IMG/VR virus record: IMGVR_UViG_3300020469_000014
Span: 114,055 to 134,054 of that record
Reading direction: 5' to 3' (one strand)
DNA length: 20,000 nucleotides
Origin: an uncultured virus (IMG/VR IMGVR_UViG_3300020469_000014)
Lineage: Duplodnaviria > Heunggongvirae > Uroviricota > Caudoviricetes
Below the pieces are notes generated by a model. It did no database searches. It was not told where the DNA came from and saw only the letters and a program-made list of their open reading frames with translations. Numbering within the stretch: position 1 is the stretch's first letter; each line of letters starts with the position of its first letter. This document shows, piece by piece, positions 9,251 through 17,306 of this stretch. The position numbers and the translations under genes are program-made.

Positions 9251-10160
9251 AGTCTTTCCTCATCTCCTCAAATACTTTTTTCAAACCTTCTGGAACCGAT
9301 GTTTTGGGGTTCCAAAACTTCTGGATGAATGGGTCGGGAACGTTCCTAGCATCCTTTTGCACTTCATCCTTCGACTGTGCTGGAGTAACCGTGATCTCCT
9401 TGCCAATACCCGAAAATAATAACTTAATTTCAGACGCAATCTCCAACACAGTTGTATAAACACCAGTAGTAATATGAAGTTCATCGTCAGAACAGAGATC
9501 GTGGTATGTCTCCATAACAGTCTCCAACGCCTCACAACAGTCCTCCGCATAAAGAAATTCCCTCGCTTCAGTTCCGTCTGTCATCATATCTATATCACCA
9601 GACTCAAACCCTTTACGGATGAAATCTGTAATGACATGTGCCTTGTTCATGTCTTTCTCAATACCATATACATTCCAGAACTTGACAATCAATCCACCAA
9701 GAGACTTAGTATAAAGTTCACCAACTCTCTTCAATACACCATAAGGAGAGTAAGACATGTTACTCATCTGAGATGATGCAAAGACAAATGGTTTCTTGTG
9801 TTTCTCAAGTAGACCAAAGGCATTTGCCATCAGTCTTGTATTATTATCTATGAACTGAAAAGTATGTTGATACTTTTTAAGATAGTGTGATCCTCCTACA
9901 TCAAAGGCGAGGAAGTACACAAAATCTGCCATATAAATTTTGGCTTCAAGTTCACCATTAGGAATGACTGTCATGTCCTGTTCACTACCATTAGTGATAT
10001 CAAACTCAAGGACTTCATTCCCCATACGATTAAGATAATCAGTCAGATATGCTCCAACTTGACCACCCGATCCCAATACTAAAATCTTACGAGGTTTTAA
10101 AGTCTCGTAATACATGTCTTCATAATCCATATTTGAAATAATAACCTCCATCAAATCCAA
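9243..10160 (-). CDS. NAD-dependent NDP-sugar epimerase/dehydratase (extended SDR)
   Basis: ILVLGSGGQVG, FASS, YGVLK (YxxxK), NVYG and REFLYAED motifs. The true start may be a later Met. Confidence 0.87.
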   Translation of the reverse strand: MDLMEVIISNMDYEDMYYETLKPRKILVLGSGGQVGAYLTDYLNRMGNEVLEFDITNGSEQDMTVIPNGELEAKIYMADFVYFLAFDVGGSHYLKKYQHTFQFIDNNTRLMANAFGLLEKHKKPFVFASSQMSNMSYSPYGVLKRVGELYTKSLGGLIVKFWNVYGIEKDMNKAHVITDFIRKGFESGDIDMMTDGTEAREFLYAEDCCEALETVMETYHDLCSDDELHITTGVYTTVLEIASEIKLLFSGIGKEITVTPAQSKDEVQKDARNVPDPFIQKFWNPKTSVPEGLKKVFEEMRKDYE

Positions 10161-10738
10161 TCAACAGAATGCTTCTCATCAAAATTGACAAGACCTGTAC
10201 CACTCATGTGGCCAATCTCAGTGACATTAATCTTAGGATATGTAATTCTATTCCAGAAGTCCTCGATCTCAGGCCATTGAGGTCCAATATCATCTAGGAG
10301 AACAATACCTTTCCAACCTTTCTCTTCTAAAAATTCAAACATCTCTTCCTCTGCCGTTCCATCATGAGGATCAACATCAATCATTATAATAGAAATATGA
10401 TCCCAATTCAAGTCATCCGATCTAAAGTCTTGAATCTTAAACTCGACATTATCTTTCTTGATTCCTTCTGATGCACCTTGCTCAACTAAGTCATAACTAA
10501 TAACTCTATTTTTGTCATTGTATGATAGTGCAAGGGCAGAACCACCTGTCCTTGTACCAACATCTAAGATAATAGAATCATTGAATTGTGTAGATAACCA
10601 AGAATACAATCGGTATTCACTCTGACCAGCAGAGAGCCAGTCATTTGGGTTGAGTGATTGTTCTGCAAGATGCGAAACATCTAGACTACTGATTGCATCC
10701 TTATCAAGTTGAATTGTTTTCTTAGTTACTTTTCGCAT
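10151..10738 (-). CDS. Class I SAM-dependent methyltransferase (Methyltransf_24-like)
   Basis: ILDVGTRTGGSA, IMIDVDPH and GIVLLDDI motifs. ATG at 10738 (MRKVTKK) is preferred over the track start at 10765 because it reduces the overlap. Confidence 0.75.
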   Translation of the reverse strand: MRKVTKKTIQLDKDAISSLDVSHLAEQSLNPNDWLSAGQSEYRLYSWLSTQFNDSIILDVGTRTGGSALALSYNDKNRVISYDLVEQGASEGIKKDNVEFKIQDFRSDDLNWDHISIIMIDVDPHDGTAEEEMFEFLEEKGWKGIVLLDDIGPQWPEIEDFWNRITYPKINVTEIGHMSGTGLVNFDEKHSVDWI

Positions 10739-11777
10739 GTTCCAATACCTTTGGTGTAATTTCAACTACGCCATGTTGACGAGATTTAATTTGTTCAGTG
10801 ATCCAAGCATAAGTCTTGGAGATACCTTCTTCAAGAGTCTGTGAATAATCCCATCCAAGTTTCTCACGAATGAGATCATTGTTTGAATTACGTCCACGGA
10901 CACCCAAAGGTGCATCGAGTTTGTGTGCCTTTCTAACAACCTTACCTGATACCTTAGCAGCAGTTTCTACTAACTGATTGATAGTAACCATTTCTTCAGA
11001 ACCAATGTTAACAGGTCCTGCAAAATCAGAATCAATCAGCCTACGAGTTGCTTCAATACACTCATCAATGAAGAGGAAGGATCTCGTCTGCAATCCATCA
11101 CCCCATACCTCGATCGTTCCTCCCACCTCTGGGAGTAGTGAGACCTTACGACAGATTGCGGCGGGAGCCTTTTCCTTTCCTCCATCCCATGTTCCTTCTG
11201 GTCCAAAAATGTTATGATAACGAGCCACAGAAACGTCAAGGTTGTAGTTGCGAGCATATGCAAAATACAATCTCTCTGAAAATAGTTTCTCCCATCCATA
11301 CTCAGAGTCTGGATTGGCTGGGTAGGCAGAGTTTTCACGACAATCAGGATTGTCTGGATCTAATTGATTATGTTCTGGGTACATACAAGCAGAACTAGAA
11401 TAGAAGATTTTAGTTTTGTTTACATCTAACAATCTATTCAATGCAACTTGTTCGTTCAATACATTAAGATTGATCGAAGCTGAGTTGTGCATGATGTCAG
11501 CGGAGTGTTCATCTGTAAAGATATATCCAGCACCACCCATATCGGCAGCGAACTGGTAGATCTCATCGAAAGCATCTCCTTCCACATCTAAGACTCTTGC
11601 CACAAGTCCTACTTCTCTAAGATCACCTCGAACAAAATCATCGGCAGCACTCATAGAAAAATCGGGGTACTTAATATCAACGCCACGAACCCAATACCCT
11701 TCTGATCGTAGTCGTTTTACCATGTGACTTCCAATGAAGCCACCTGCACCCAATACTAGTGCTGTCTTCTTATCCAT
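10722..11777 (-). CDS. GDP-mannose 3',5'-epimerase-like NAD-dependent epimerase
   Basis: GAGGFIG, AADMGGAGYI, YSSSACMYP, YGWEKL, HNIFGPEGTWDGGKEKAPAAICRK and GVRGRNSNN are GME-subfamily motifs. Likely start is ATG at 11777 (MDKK). Confidence 0.85.
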   Translation of the reverse strand: MDKKTALVLGAGGFIGSHMVKRLRSEGYWVRGVDIKYPDFSMSAADDFVRGDLREVGLVARVLDVEGDAFDEIYQFAADMGGAGYIFTDEHSADIMHNSASINLNVLNEQVALNRLLDVNKTKIFYSSSACMYPEHNQLDPDNPDCRENSAYPANPDSEYGWEKLFSERLYFAYARNYNLDVSVARYHNIFGPEGTWDGGKEKAPAAICRKVSLLPEVGGTIEVWGDGLQTRSFLFIDECIEATRRLIDSDFAGPVNIGSEEMVTINQLVETAAKVSGKVVRKAHKLDAPLGVRGRNSNNDLIREKLGWDYSQTLEEGISKTYAWITEQIKSRQHGVVEITPKVLEHAKSN

Positions 11778-11811
11778 AGTTGTATACAAGTTTGAGAAAT
11801 AAACTTCATCT

Positions 11812-11819
11812 TATTTATT
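11812..11819 (-). promoter_or_regulatory. T4-type late promoter-like motif (AATAAATA)
   Basis: Minus strand reads AATAAATA in the gap about 35 nt upstream of the GME-like ATG. It differs by one base from T4 TATAAATA. Confidence 0.6.
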
Positions 11820-11822
11820 GTA

Positions 11823-12560
11823 TCACGCACTGACCGTTTTCGCAATAACCGTATCCAAAATGTTCACAGTTGGAAACCAACCGAGCTCCATGAGAGGCAT
11901 GATATCTGCACATAATGAATCAGGTTCATTAGGTGTGTCTTCCTTGATAGGAAGATGTCCCATACCCATGGCACTGGCCAATTCTATTACAGAAGTTTTA
12001 TGTCCTGTTCCAACATCAATCGTACCTGTAAATGAACTAGGAATCAAAGTCGCAATCGCTCTGACAACATCCAATACATGAACCCAATCTCTCTCATGTC
12101 TTGTGATATACTTTGCAGTTCCTTGTTTCAACATTTCATATAACATATCATCTCTACTTCCTTCCTCTGCCCAGACATTAAAAAACCTCATACCCACACT
12201 GTTAGGTGGAGCCATGAGTTCATTTACTTTCTTTGTCATGGCATAGGGGTTCTGCCACCAACCATATGCACCAGCAGAACTTGCATACAACAACCTAGTA
12301 TTATACTTTCTGCAATAATCAAATATGGGTTTAGATTTTTCAACATTATTCTCCCAGAATTTATCAGGATTATCTACACTATCTCTGAGTGCAGCATAGG
12401 CAGCAAGATGAACTATGAGATCATAGTCTGCACATCCAACGTCTGCAAAGTCTCCTATGTCATCTGGTCTGTCCAGTCCATCAACATCAAAGATGTCACT
12501 GAGAAAATCAAAGACATGACTGCCAATGAAACCTTTGTGACCTGTTACTAATACTTTCAT
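11823..12560 (-). CDS. NAD-dependent epimerase/dehydratase (WcaG-like)
   Basis: VLVTGHKGFIG, HLAA, YASS, YAMTK, RFFNV and RDWVHVLD motifs. Confidence 0.88.
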   Translation of the reverse strand: MKVLVTGHKGFIGSHVFDFLSDIFDVDGLDRPDDIGDFADVGCADYDLIVHLAAYAALRDSVDNPDKFWENNVEKSKPIFDYCRKYNTRLLYASSAGAYGWWQNPYAMTKKVNELMAPPNSVGMRFFNVWAEEGSRDDMLYEMLKQGTAKYITRHERDWVHVLDVVRAIATLIPSSFTGTIDVGTGHKTSVIELASAMGMGHLPIKEDTPNEPDSLCADIMPLMELGWFPTVNILDTVIAKTVSA

Positions 12561-12766
12561 TTTCTTTTCTTTCTATGCCTTGCAATCCAATTCCGTGCAG
12601 TGGCATCATTAAGAGATGTGTGTAGGATCTCTCCTTTATATACTATCACTCTTTTGGATTTACCGCAAGGAACTGCTGCGTATCCATCTTTAGTAAAGAA
12701 ACCCATCTTAGTATCCTTATAAAAATTATAAGTTGATTTGAGTTCCTTCTCTTCTGGAGTCATCAT
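12557..12766 (-). CDS. Hypothetical basic protein
   Basis: 69-aa ORF with 4-nt overlaps to both neighbours. Confidence 0.7.
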   Translation of the reverse strand: MMTPEEKELKSTYNFYKDTKMGFFTKDGYAAVPCGKSKRVIVYKGEILHTSLNDATARNWIARHRKKRK

Positions 12767-13416
12767 TTTTTAACTTCAAATGTGAGATGATTATTACAAT
12801 CCCCAAAGAACTTGCCGTCTAGATTGTAATTGAATGAGATACTATATCTGTCCTCATTAGAAAATGATGGAGTCACAGAGTGATCTAGATGTGCAGGGAA
12901 AAGAAATAGACCACACTCTTCTGGTTGGAATCTTTTCTCAAAACTATTGAGATCATCATATCCAGTCACAGATGGTTCCCAATAACTATTGATCCAAGTG
13001 GCATTTCTTGTAGTAAACATAATATCACCACTATTCTCAGGAACCTGTAGATAAAACACTCCAGCAAACTGAGTATTGTTGTGACGATGTTCTGCAATAT
13101 AATTCCCTTTCTTTTGTAGGTTACCCCAAGAATTAATTCTTTTCAACCCATGTCTATCCAAATCAAGTTGTAAAGACTTAGCGAACCTATAAATTTCATT
13201 ATTAATAGTATTCTCTAACTTCATCAACTCTGGACTTAACAATAGATCCGCTTGCAGTTTCGTTGTCTCTCCGTTAGGTCTGTTGACTATATCCATATCT
13301 TGTGCCCATTCACATGTCTTTAGAAAGTCCAACATGTGTTTTAATTCAGATGGTCTAAAATCTAGGACAGTTTGATAAACTGGAGTTGGAAATAATATAT
13401 GAATATGTGACATCAC
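12763..13416 (-). CDS. 2OG-Fe(II) oxygenase (TIGR02466-like)
   Basis: LFPTPVY, SWGN, HRH, GVFYL, LFPAHLDHSV and RYSISFN motifs. Confidence 0.85.
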   Translation of the reverse strand: MMSHIHILFPTPVYQTVLDFRPSELKHMLDFLKTCEWAQDMDIVNRPNGETTKLQADLLLSPELMKLENTINNEIYRFAKSLQLDLDRHGLKRINSWGNLQKKGNYIAEHRHNNTQFAGVFYLQVPENSGDIMFTTRNATWINSYWEPSVTGYDDLNSFEKRFQPEECGLFLFPAHLDHSVTPSFSNEDRYSISFNYNLDGKFFGDCNNHLTFEVKK

Positions 13417-14030
13417 TCAGCATTTAAACTTTCATTGTATTGTTGATCCAAGCATCCCGCCGTGTTAACCTGTTGTAATCCTATGTTACCTTGATACCAA
13501 CCAGTAGCGATATACTTATCAGTCATAGGAGGATTACCTCTATGTAAATGAGTGTATCCGCCAGGCCAAATAAGAATAGTTCCTTTTGTAGGTTTTACTT
13601 TTCTCTTCTGGTATAAAAATTCTGTCTCTCCTCCCTCTTCAACGTCATTTAAATACACCATCCATGCCATAGTTCTATTGTTTAGATTCCAATTCACATT
13701 TTCTGCATGGAATAGATGATACCCATTTGTAGGTTCTGTCTTTTGAAGTAAACATAGAGAACTTACATAACTGAAATTGCCTAGGTAGGTGTATTCATTG
13801 ATGTAATGAAACAAACAATTATTAACATACTTCATCATCTGGGAACACTCACTAGGAGAGAATCCATCTAAACATATCTGTTTATCTTTTACATGACTAA
13901 AGTTTCTTTTGAAGTCCACAAACTCCGCCTTATCCATATAGTTTACGAGAAAATCACAGAAGCGTGGGTCTACTGCGTTCTGAAAAATTCCAATAAAATC
14001 ATGAAATTCATTTACAATTTGGGTTTCCAT
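13413..14030 (-). CDS. 2OG-Fe(II) oxygenase (prolyl 4-hydroxylase-like)
   Basis: GYHLFHAE, YLNDVEEGGETEF, HLHRGNPP and KYIATGW motifs. Confidence 0.88.
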   Translation of the reverse strand: METQIVNEFHDFIGIFQNAVDPRFCDFLVNYMDKAEFVDFKRNFSHVKDKQICLDGFSPSECSQMMKYVNNCLFHYINEYTYLGNFSYVSSLCLLQKTEPTNGYHLFHAENVNWNLNNRTMAWMVYLNDVEEGGETEFLYQKRKVKPTKGTILIWPGGYTHLHRGNPPMTDKYIATGWYQGNIGLQQVNTAGCLDQQYNESLNAE

Positions 14031-14034
14031 TATG

Positions 14035-14277
14035 TTACCAAAGATTTAATGGGCAATGTGCCGCTGAAAATTTGACCTTATTTACTAAGAAACAACCACA
14101 CTCCTTGCATAAGTGTCGGTCTGGATCAAAACGATTACAGTCTCTACATATATCTATTCGTGCTTTCTTTACCTCTTCTGGAACCATTAAGGTTCCGTCA
14201 AAGACGAAACCTTTTACAATATCGTAAGCAGTTCTAGAAAGATTTTTGGCTTTCTCTGGTAGAGAGGGATCAGTCAT
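14035..14277 (-). CDS. Small Cys-rich metal-binding protein (DUF6171-like)
   Basis: RIDICRDC...CKECGCF...K...CPLNLW pattern. Confidence 0.7.
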   Translation of the reverse strand: MTDPSLPEKAKNLSRTAYDIVKGFVFDGTLMVPEEVKKARIDICRDCNRFDPDRHLCKECGCFLVNKVKFSAAHCPLNLW

Positions 14278-14548
14278 TCGTAACGGAATCCGTTACATAA
14301 CAAGGAACCCCTGCTGGGTCTAACCATTTAGCATACTCAAAATCTTCAATAGCAAGAAGCAGTTGATCACCATTATCAAACAGATAGATATCTGAATACC
14401 TCTTAGTATACTCATGTGCTTTTTGCAAACGGAAATCAGGTTTACCATTTAGTTGAATGTAACCCCTTTGCACATAGCGGTAGGGGAACCTCTCATGGAT
14501 CACGGTAGTCTTAGTCGTTGCGACAGACTTTGGATCTAAATCATTCAT
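14270..14548 (-). CDS. Hypothetical protein
   Basis: 92-aa ORF coupled to both neighbours by overlaps. Confidence 0.75.
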   Translation of the reverse strand: MNDLDPKSVATTKTTVIHERFPYRYVQRGYIQLNGKPDFRLQKAHEYTKRYSDIYLFDNGDQLLLAIEDFEYAKWLDPAGVPCYVTDSVTND

Positions 14549-14760
14549 TGGGAAACTCCTAGATCTTCTGCAATCAGACTCATTAGCAATGAATACTCCT
14601 GTTCTGGATCCTCATCGCTGAACTCATAACCTTCTCCCTTATAGTACCTCAAAACTTTTTTGTAAATCTTTGGATACTTGAAGTCGAGCGCAAACTCTTG
14701 ATCTACTGCTCCCTCCAAAGCATCAAGATTTTTCTTGAACTTAGAAATGAAAGTGGACAT
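14545..14760 (-). CDS. Hypothetical acidic protein
   Basis: 71-aa ORF directly downstream of a sigma70-type promoter. Confidence 0.75.
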   Translation of the reverse strand: MSTFISKFKKNLDALEGAVDQEFALDFKYPKIYKKVLRYYKGEGYEFSDEDPEQEYSLLMSLIAEDLGVSQ

Positions 14761-14783
14761 TTTCCGATTGTGTTTACGTTACT

Positions 14784-14812
14784 ATTGTAGTCCTGTATTC
14801 AGTTTTTGTCAA
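14784..14812 (-). promoter_or_regulatory. Sigma70-type (phage early) promoter
   Basis: TTGACA (14812-14807), 17-nt spacer, TACAAT (14789-14784), ending 23 nt before the ATG at 14760. Confidence 0.85.
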
Positions 14813-15009
14813 GCACCGTCGTCATGATTCCACATGTGCTCAATATCTTGAGCCTGTCCCGAATCGATAACTGGTTTTAGTACATCCTTATGTGGAACAA
14901 GTGCTACCTGTCCATCAGGAGTATCTATTACAAAGGTCTCTCCAGCATGGGCTCGATCGACCAATTCTTCAAAGTTTTCTTCTAAGTATTGGAGAGAAAT
15001 AATTTGCAT
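14809..15009 (-). CDS. Phd/YefM antitoxin-like small protein
   Basis: MQIISLQYLEENFEELVDRAHAGETFVIDT...VALVP resembles the Phd/YefM N-terminal DNA-binding pattern. Confidence 0.55.
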   Translation of the reverse strand: MQIISLQYLEENFEELVDRAHAGETFVIDTPDGQVALVPHKDVLKPVIDSGQAQDIEHMWNHDDGA

Positions 15010-15647
15010 TAGATTGTCTGAGTTGTAGGCAAGTGATCCATAGATCCTGGCAACTCTAGTCCGCTTGGGGTGGACTCATTTAATGATTTAATGCGATCAA
15101 TTTGATCTCTGTTCTTTAAGCACTCCAACATTTGAGCTGCATGAGTAAGTTCAAATGGATCGTTAGGTAAGTTGTCTCTAGTTGCAACACCATCTGGTGT
15201 CTCTTCCTCAAGGTAAACCATCTGTGTATTGTTCTCAACTAACATGACCCACCGCCATGCTCTCATTCCCATACCTTTATTGTACATCTTGACTGAACAT
15301 TGGGTTGCAGCCATTCCACCTTGTTTTGCAAGTCGTAAAATGTATGCTCCGTTTCCATCTGGAAGATACTTAAGGTTCTTAATCTTCATATCTTTGAACC
15401 ACTTATCCATAACAAATGAGTCGTTCATAGACACAACATAGATCTCATCAACAACAGTTTCTTTGATGAAGGTGTCATAAAGTTTCTCATACTCTTTGAC
15501 CATTTCTGTACATGGAGGTGTGAAAGCACCACACACAGAGACGAGAAGAACATCCTTACCTTCAAACAATGAGTGTACTGATTTCTTTGCTAATTTTTTA
15601 GATTTGTTATTCCAAAAGAACAACTCAGCATCAGGCAATAAATTCAT
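15009..15647 (-). CDS. Peroxiredoxin (Prx5/redoxin family)
   Basis: LFEGKDVLL, GAFTPPCT, VSMNDSFVM..W, LPDGNG and GMGMRAWRW motifs. Confidence 0.85.
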   Translation of the reverse strand: MNLLPDAELFFWNNKSKKLAKKSVHSLFEGKDVLLVSVCGAFTPPCTEMVKEYEKLYDTFIKETVVDEIYVVSMNDSFVMDKWFKDMKIKNLKYLPDGNGAYILRLAKQGGMAATQCSVKMYNKGMGMRAWRWVMLVENNTQMVYLEEETPDGVATRDNLPNDPFELTHAAQMLECLKNRDQIDRIKSLNESTPSGLELPGSMDHLPTTQTI

Positions 15648-15672
15648 TTTTCTAATTTACTTTCATGTATAG

Positions 15673-15683
15673 TATGTATATGA
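15673..15683 (-). promoter_or_regulatory. Late-promoter-like motif TCATATACATA (copy 1)
   Basis: Intergenic, 25 nt before the peroxiredoxin ATG. An identical 11-mer occurs at 17761-17771. The TATACATA core differs by one base from TATAAATA. Confidence 0.45.
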
Positions 15684-15896
15684 TTACTCAGGCAGATCCC
15701 TGAGTGCCTCAAGTTTAATAAACTGTTCGTTGAGATTATAGTGTAACTTATAATTTACAGTTGTCAAGTAAAACCCAGTAATTTCTGATCCGTCACAACT
15801 GTATCCATAGCCTGTAAGTTTTTCATTTACTCCGTCAATTTTCAATGACTTACCTTTTTCGAGGTAACTGTGGTACTTCTCGTCTAGACTGATCAT
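15684..15896 (-). CDS. Hypothetical protein
   Basis: 70-aa ORF with an ATGA overlap with the upstream gene. Confidence 0.7.
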   Translation of the reverse strand: MISLDEKYHSYLEKGKSLKIDGVNEKLTGYGYSCDGSEITGFYLTTVNYKLHYNLNEQFIKLEALRDLPE

Positions 15897-16147
15897 CGTT
15901 CTTCGTAGGTTATTTTTCTAACGCCTCTTCGACGGCGTTCTTCTTGGTATTTTAGATCATCAGATGTCAGAATACCATCATATCTGACAGTTTTGTCATA
16001 TTCTGTAAGGATTACCTGACCTAGATCCTTCGCACCAACGGTTTCGTCTACAACCTTCATTTGATTTTCACATTTACAGACTTGAATCTTAGTTGTTGCT
16101 TTCAATTCTGTATTACATAGTTTGCATCTCGCTTTCAGCATCTTCAT
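15893..16147 (-). CDS. Small zinc-ribbon-like protein
   Basis: ARCKLC...VCKCEN cysteine pattern. Confidence 0.7.
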   Translation of the reverse strand: MKMLKARCKLCNTELKATTKIQVCKCENQMKVVDETVGAKDLGQVILTEYDKTVRYDGILTSDDLKYQEERRRRGVRKITYEER

Positions 16148-16571
16148 TTACCTTTAAAACTAACTCGAACTCCCTCAATATAGAAGCTTCTGGATCTTGG
16201 TCTCTAATATTACAGTATTCCAACCACCTAAGAGCAGTCTTCTCTGGATCTTTTAATCCCTTTCCATATAAAATAGTGTAAGGTCGATTCTCTAAACTGT
16301 TAAATTTTGCTACCAAGTATTCTGGGTAATTTCCAATCAAGTCACAGAGTTCATCTCTGTCAACATCAACTTTGTACATTTGAAATTCATTACCATAAAC
16401 AGAGTGAAATAACCCTGCCCTCACCTCATCATCTGGTCTTCCGTAGGAACACAACATACCAGCTACTCTTAGAGAGTGTGATAAGAGATCTCCATCCAAG
16501 CCAGTAGAGTCTGTGTGAGGTATTTGATCAACCCCAAGATTGACCATGTAGTTTATGTATTCGTCCATCAT
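16113..16571 (-). CDS. HD-fold-like protein (DUF6817-like)
   Basis: IPH...LLSHSLRV...AGLFHSVYG pattern, with HS in place of HD. Confidence 0.65.
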   Translation of the reverse strand: MMDEYINYMVNLGVDQIPHTDSTGLDGDLLSHSLRVAGMLCSYGRPDDEVRAGLFHSVYGNEFQMYKVDVDRDELCDLIGNYPEYLVAKFNSLENRPYTILYGKGLKDPEKTALRWLEYCNIRDQDPEASILREFELVLKVNEDAESEMQTM

Positions 16572-17146
16572 CCTGACATATTAATCGTAAGTGACAATCT
16601 AGGTTCGGGACTAGCTACTACCGTGTGCATAGTTCCCTCTGGTATGATAAGAACATCTGATGGACCTACTTCACTCTTCTGTCCATTGATACTCCATGTG
16701 CAAGTGCCATAGAGTGGTTTTACTATGACATGATATTCGTGATTGTGTGGATCAAAACTTGGTCTATTAAAAACAGTTCCAGTACTTAAGTATAGATTAG
16801 CATTAGTTTCTGATCCTTTATATTCAAATAGTTTATCATCAAGAGATCTAAGATCTGCTGTCAGATCCATGACGTTACTCAGGAGACTAGTGAATCCAAG
16901 ATCAAATAACCTCTTCCATTTGTCGTAGATTATATAACCTCTAGAGTCAAAGAATCCATTGGATTTTTTCTGACACTGATTGATAACTTCGAGAGATGGT
17001 TCTGGCCATCTATATTTTATTTGAAGCAGATCAAGAATACCTTCTTCATCTAAATTTATTTCATGTGCGTTTATGATATCGGCCGCCTCTTGGAGATACG
17101 GCATAGCATCAGGGACAGGTGGTCTCCACTGTTGATAACTATTCAA
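16568..17146 (-). CDS. JmjC/cupin-4-like 2OG oxygenase (TTG start)
   Basis: NANLY, SFDPHNHEYHV, YGTCTW, LIIPEGTMHTV and RLSLTI motifs. GGAGG lies 8 nt upstream of the TTG. Confidence 0.75.
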   Translation of the reverse strand: MNSYQQWRPPVPDAMPYLQEAADIINAHEINLDEEGILDLLQIKYRWPEPSLEVINQCQKKSNGFFDSRGYIIYDKWKRLFDLGFTSLLSNVMDLTADLRSLDDKLFEYKGSETNANLYLSTGTVFNRPSFDPHNHEYHVIVKPLYGTCTWSINGQKSEVGPSDVLIIPEGTMHTVVASPEPRLSLTINMSG

Positions 17147-17306
17147 TCTCTTCCCTCCATTCTTCGTAAAAAGCTATGGCTTCCTCATAGGCACCCTGTT
17201 CGTACAGGTCATGAATCCTGTCAATGATGTAATCTTTTGTAAGTTTTTCCTCTTGATAATCTTGGGTGAATTGAGAGAGGTCGGATTGGAATGATGGGTC
17301 AAGCAT
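17139..17306 (-). CDS. Small acidic hypothetical protein (55 aa; not in ORF track)
   Basis: MLDPSFQSDLSQFTQDYQEEKLTKDYIIDRIHDLYEQGAYEEAIAFYEEWREEIE fills the gap, with 8-nt overlaps on both sides. Confidence 0.75.
   Translation of the reverse strand: MLDPSFQSDLSQFTQDYQEEKLTKDYIIDRIHDLYEQGAYEEAIAFYEEWREEIE

Noticed and set aside
1..12560. T4-style DNA glucosylation (hmC) system
   Set aside because: No hydroxymethylase or AGT/BGT-like gene is visible, and the GT families present act on glycans. It is not excluded, but nothing here supports it.
11778..12780. wcaG RNA motif (known cyanophage cis-element) upstream of the epimerases
   Set aside because: There is no intergenic room: a 45-nt gap before one gene and a direct overlap before the other. 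An Infernal scan would be needed to exclude it fully.
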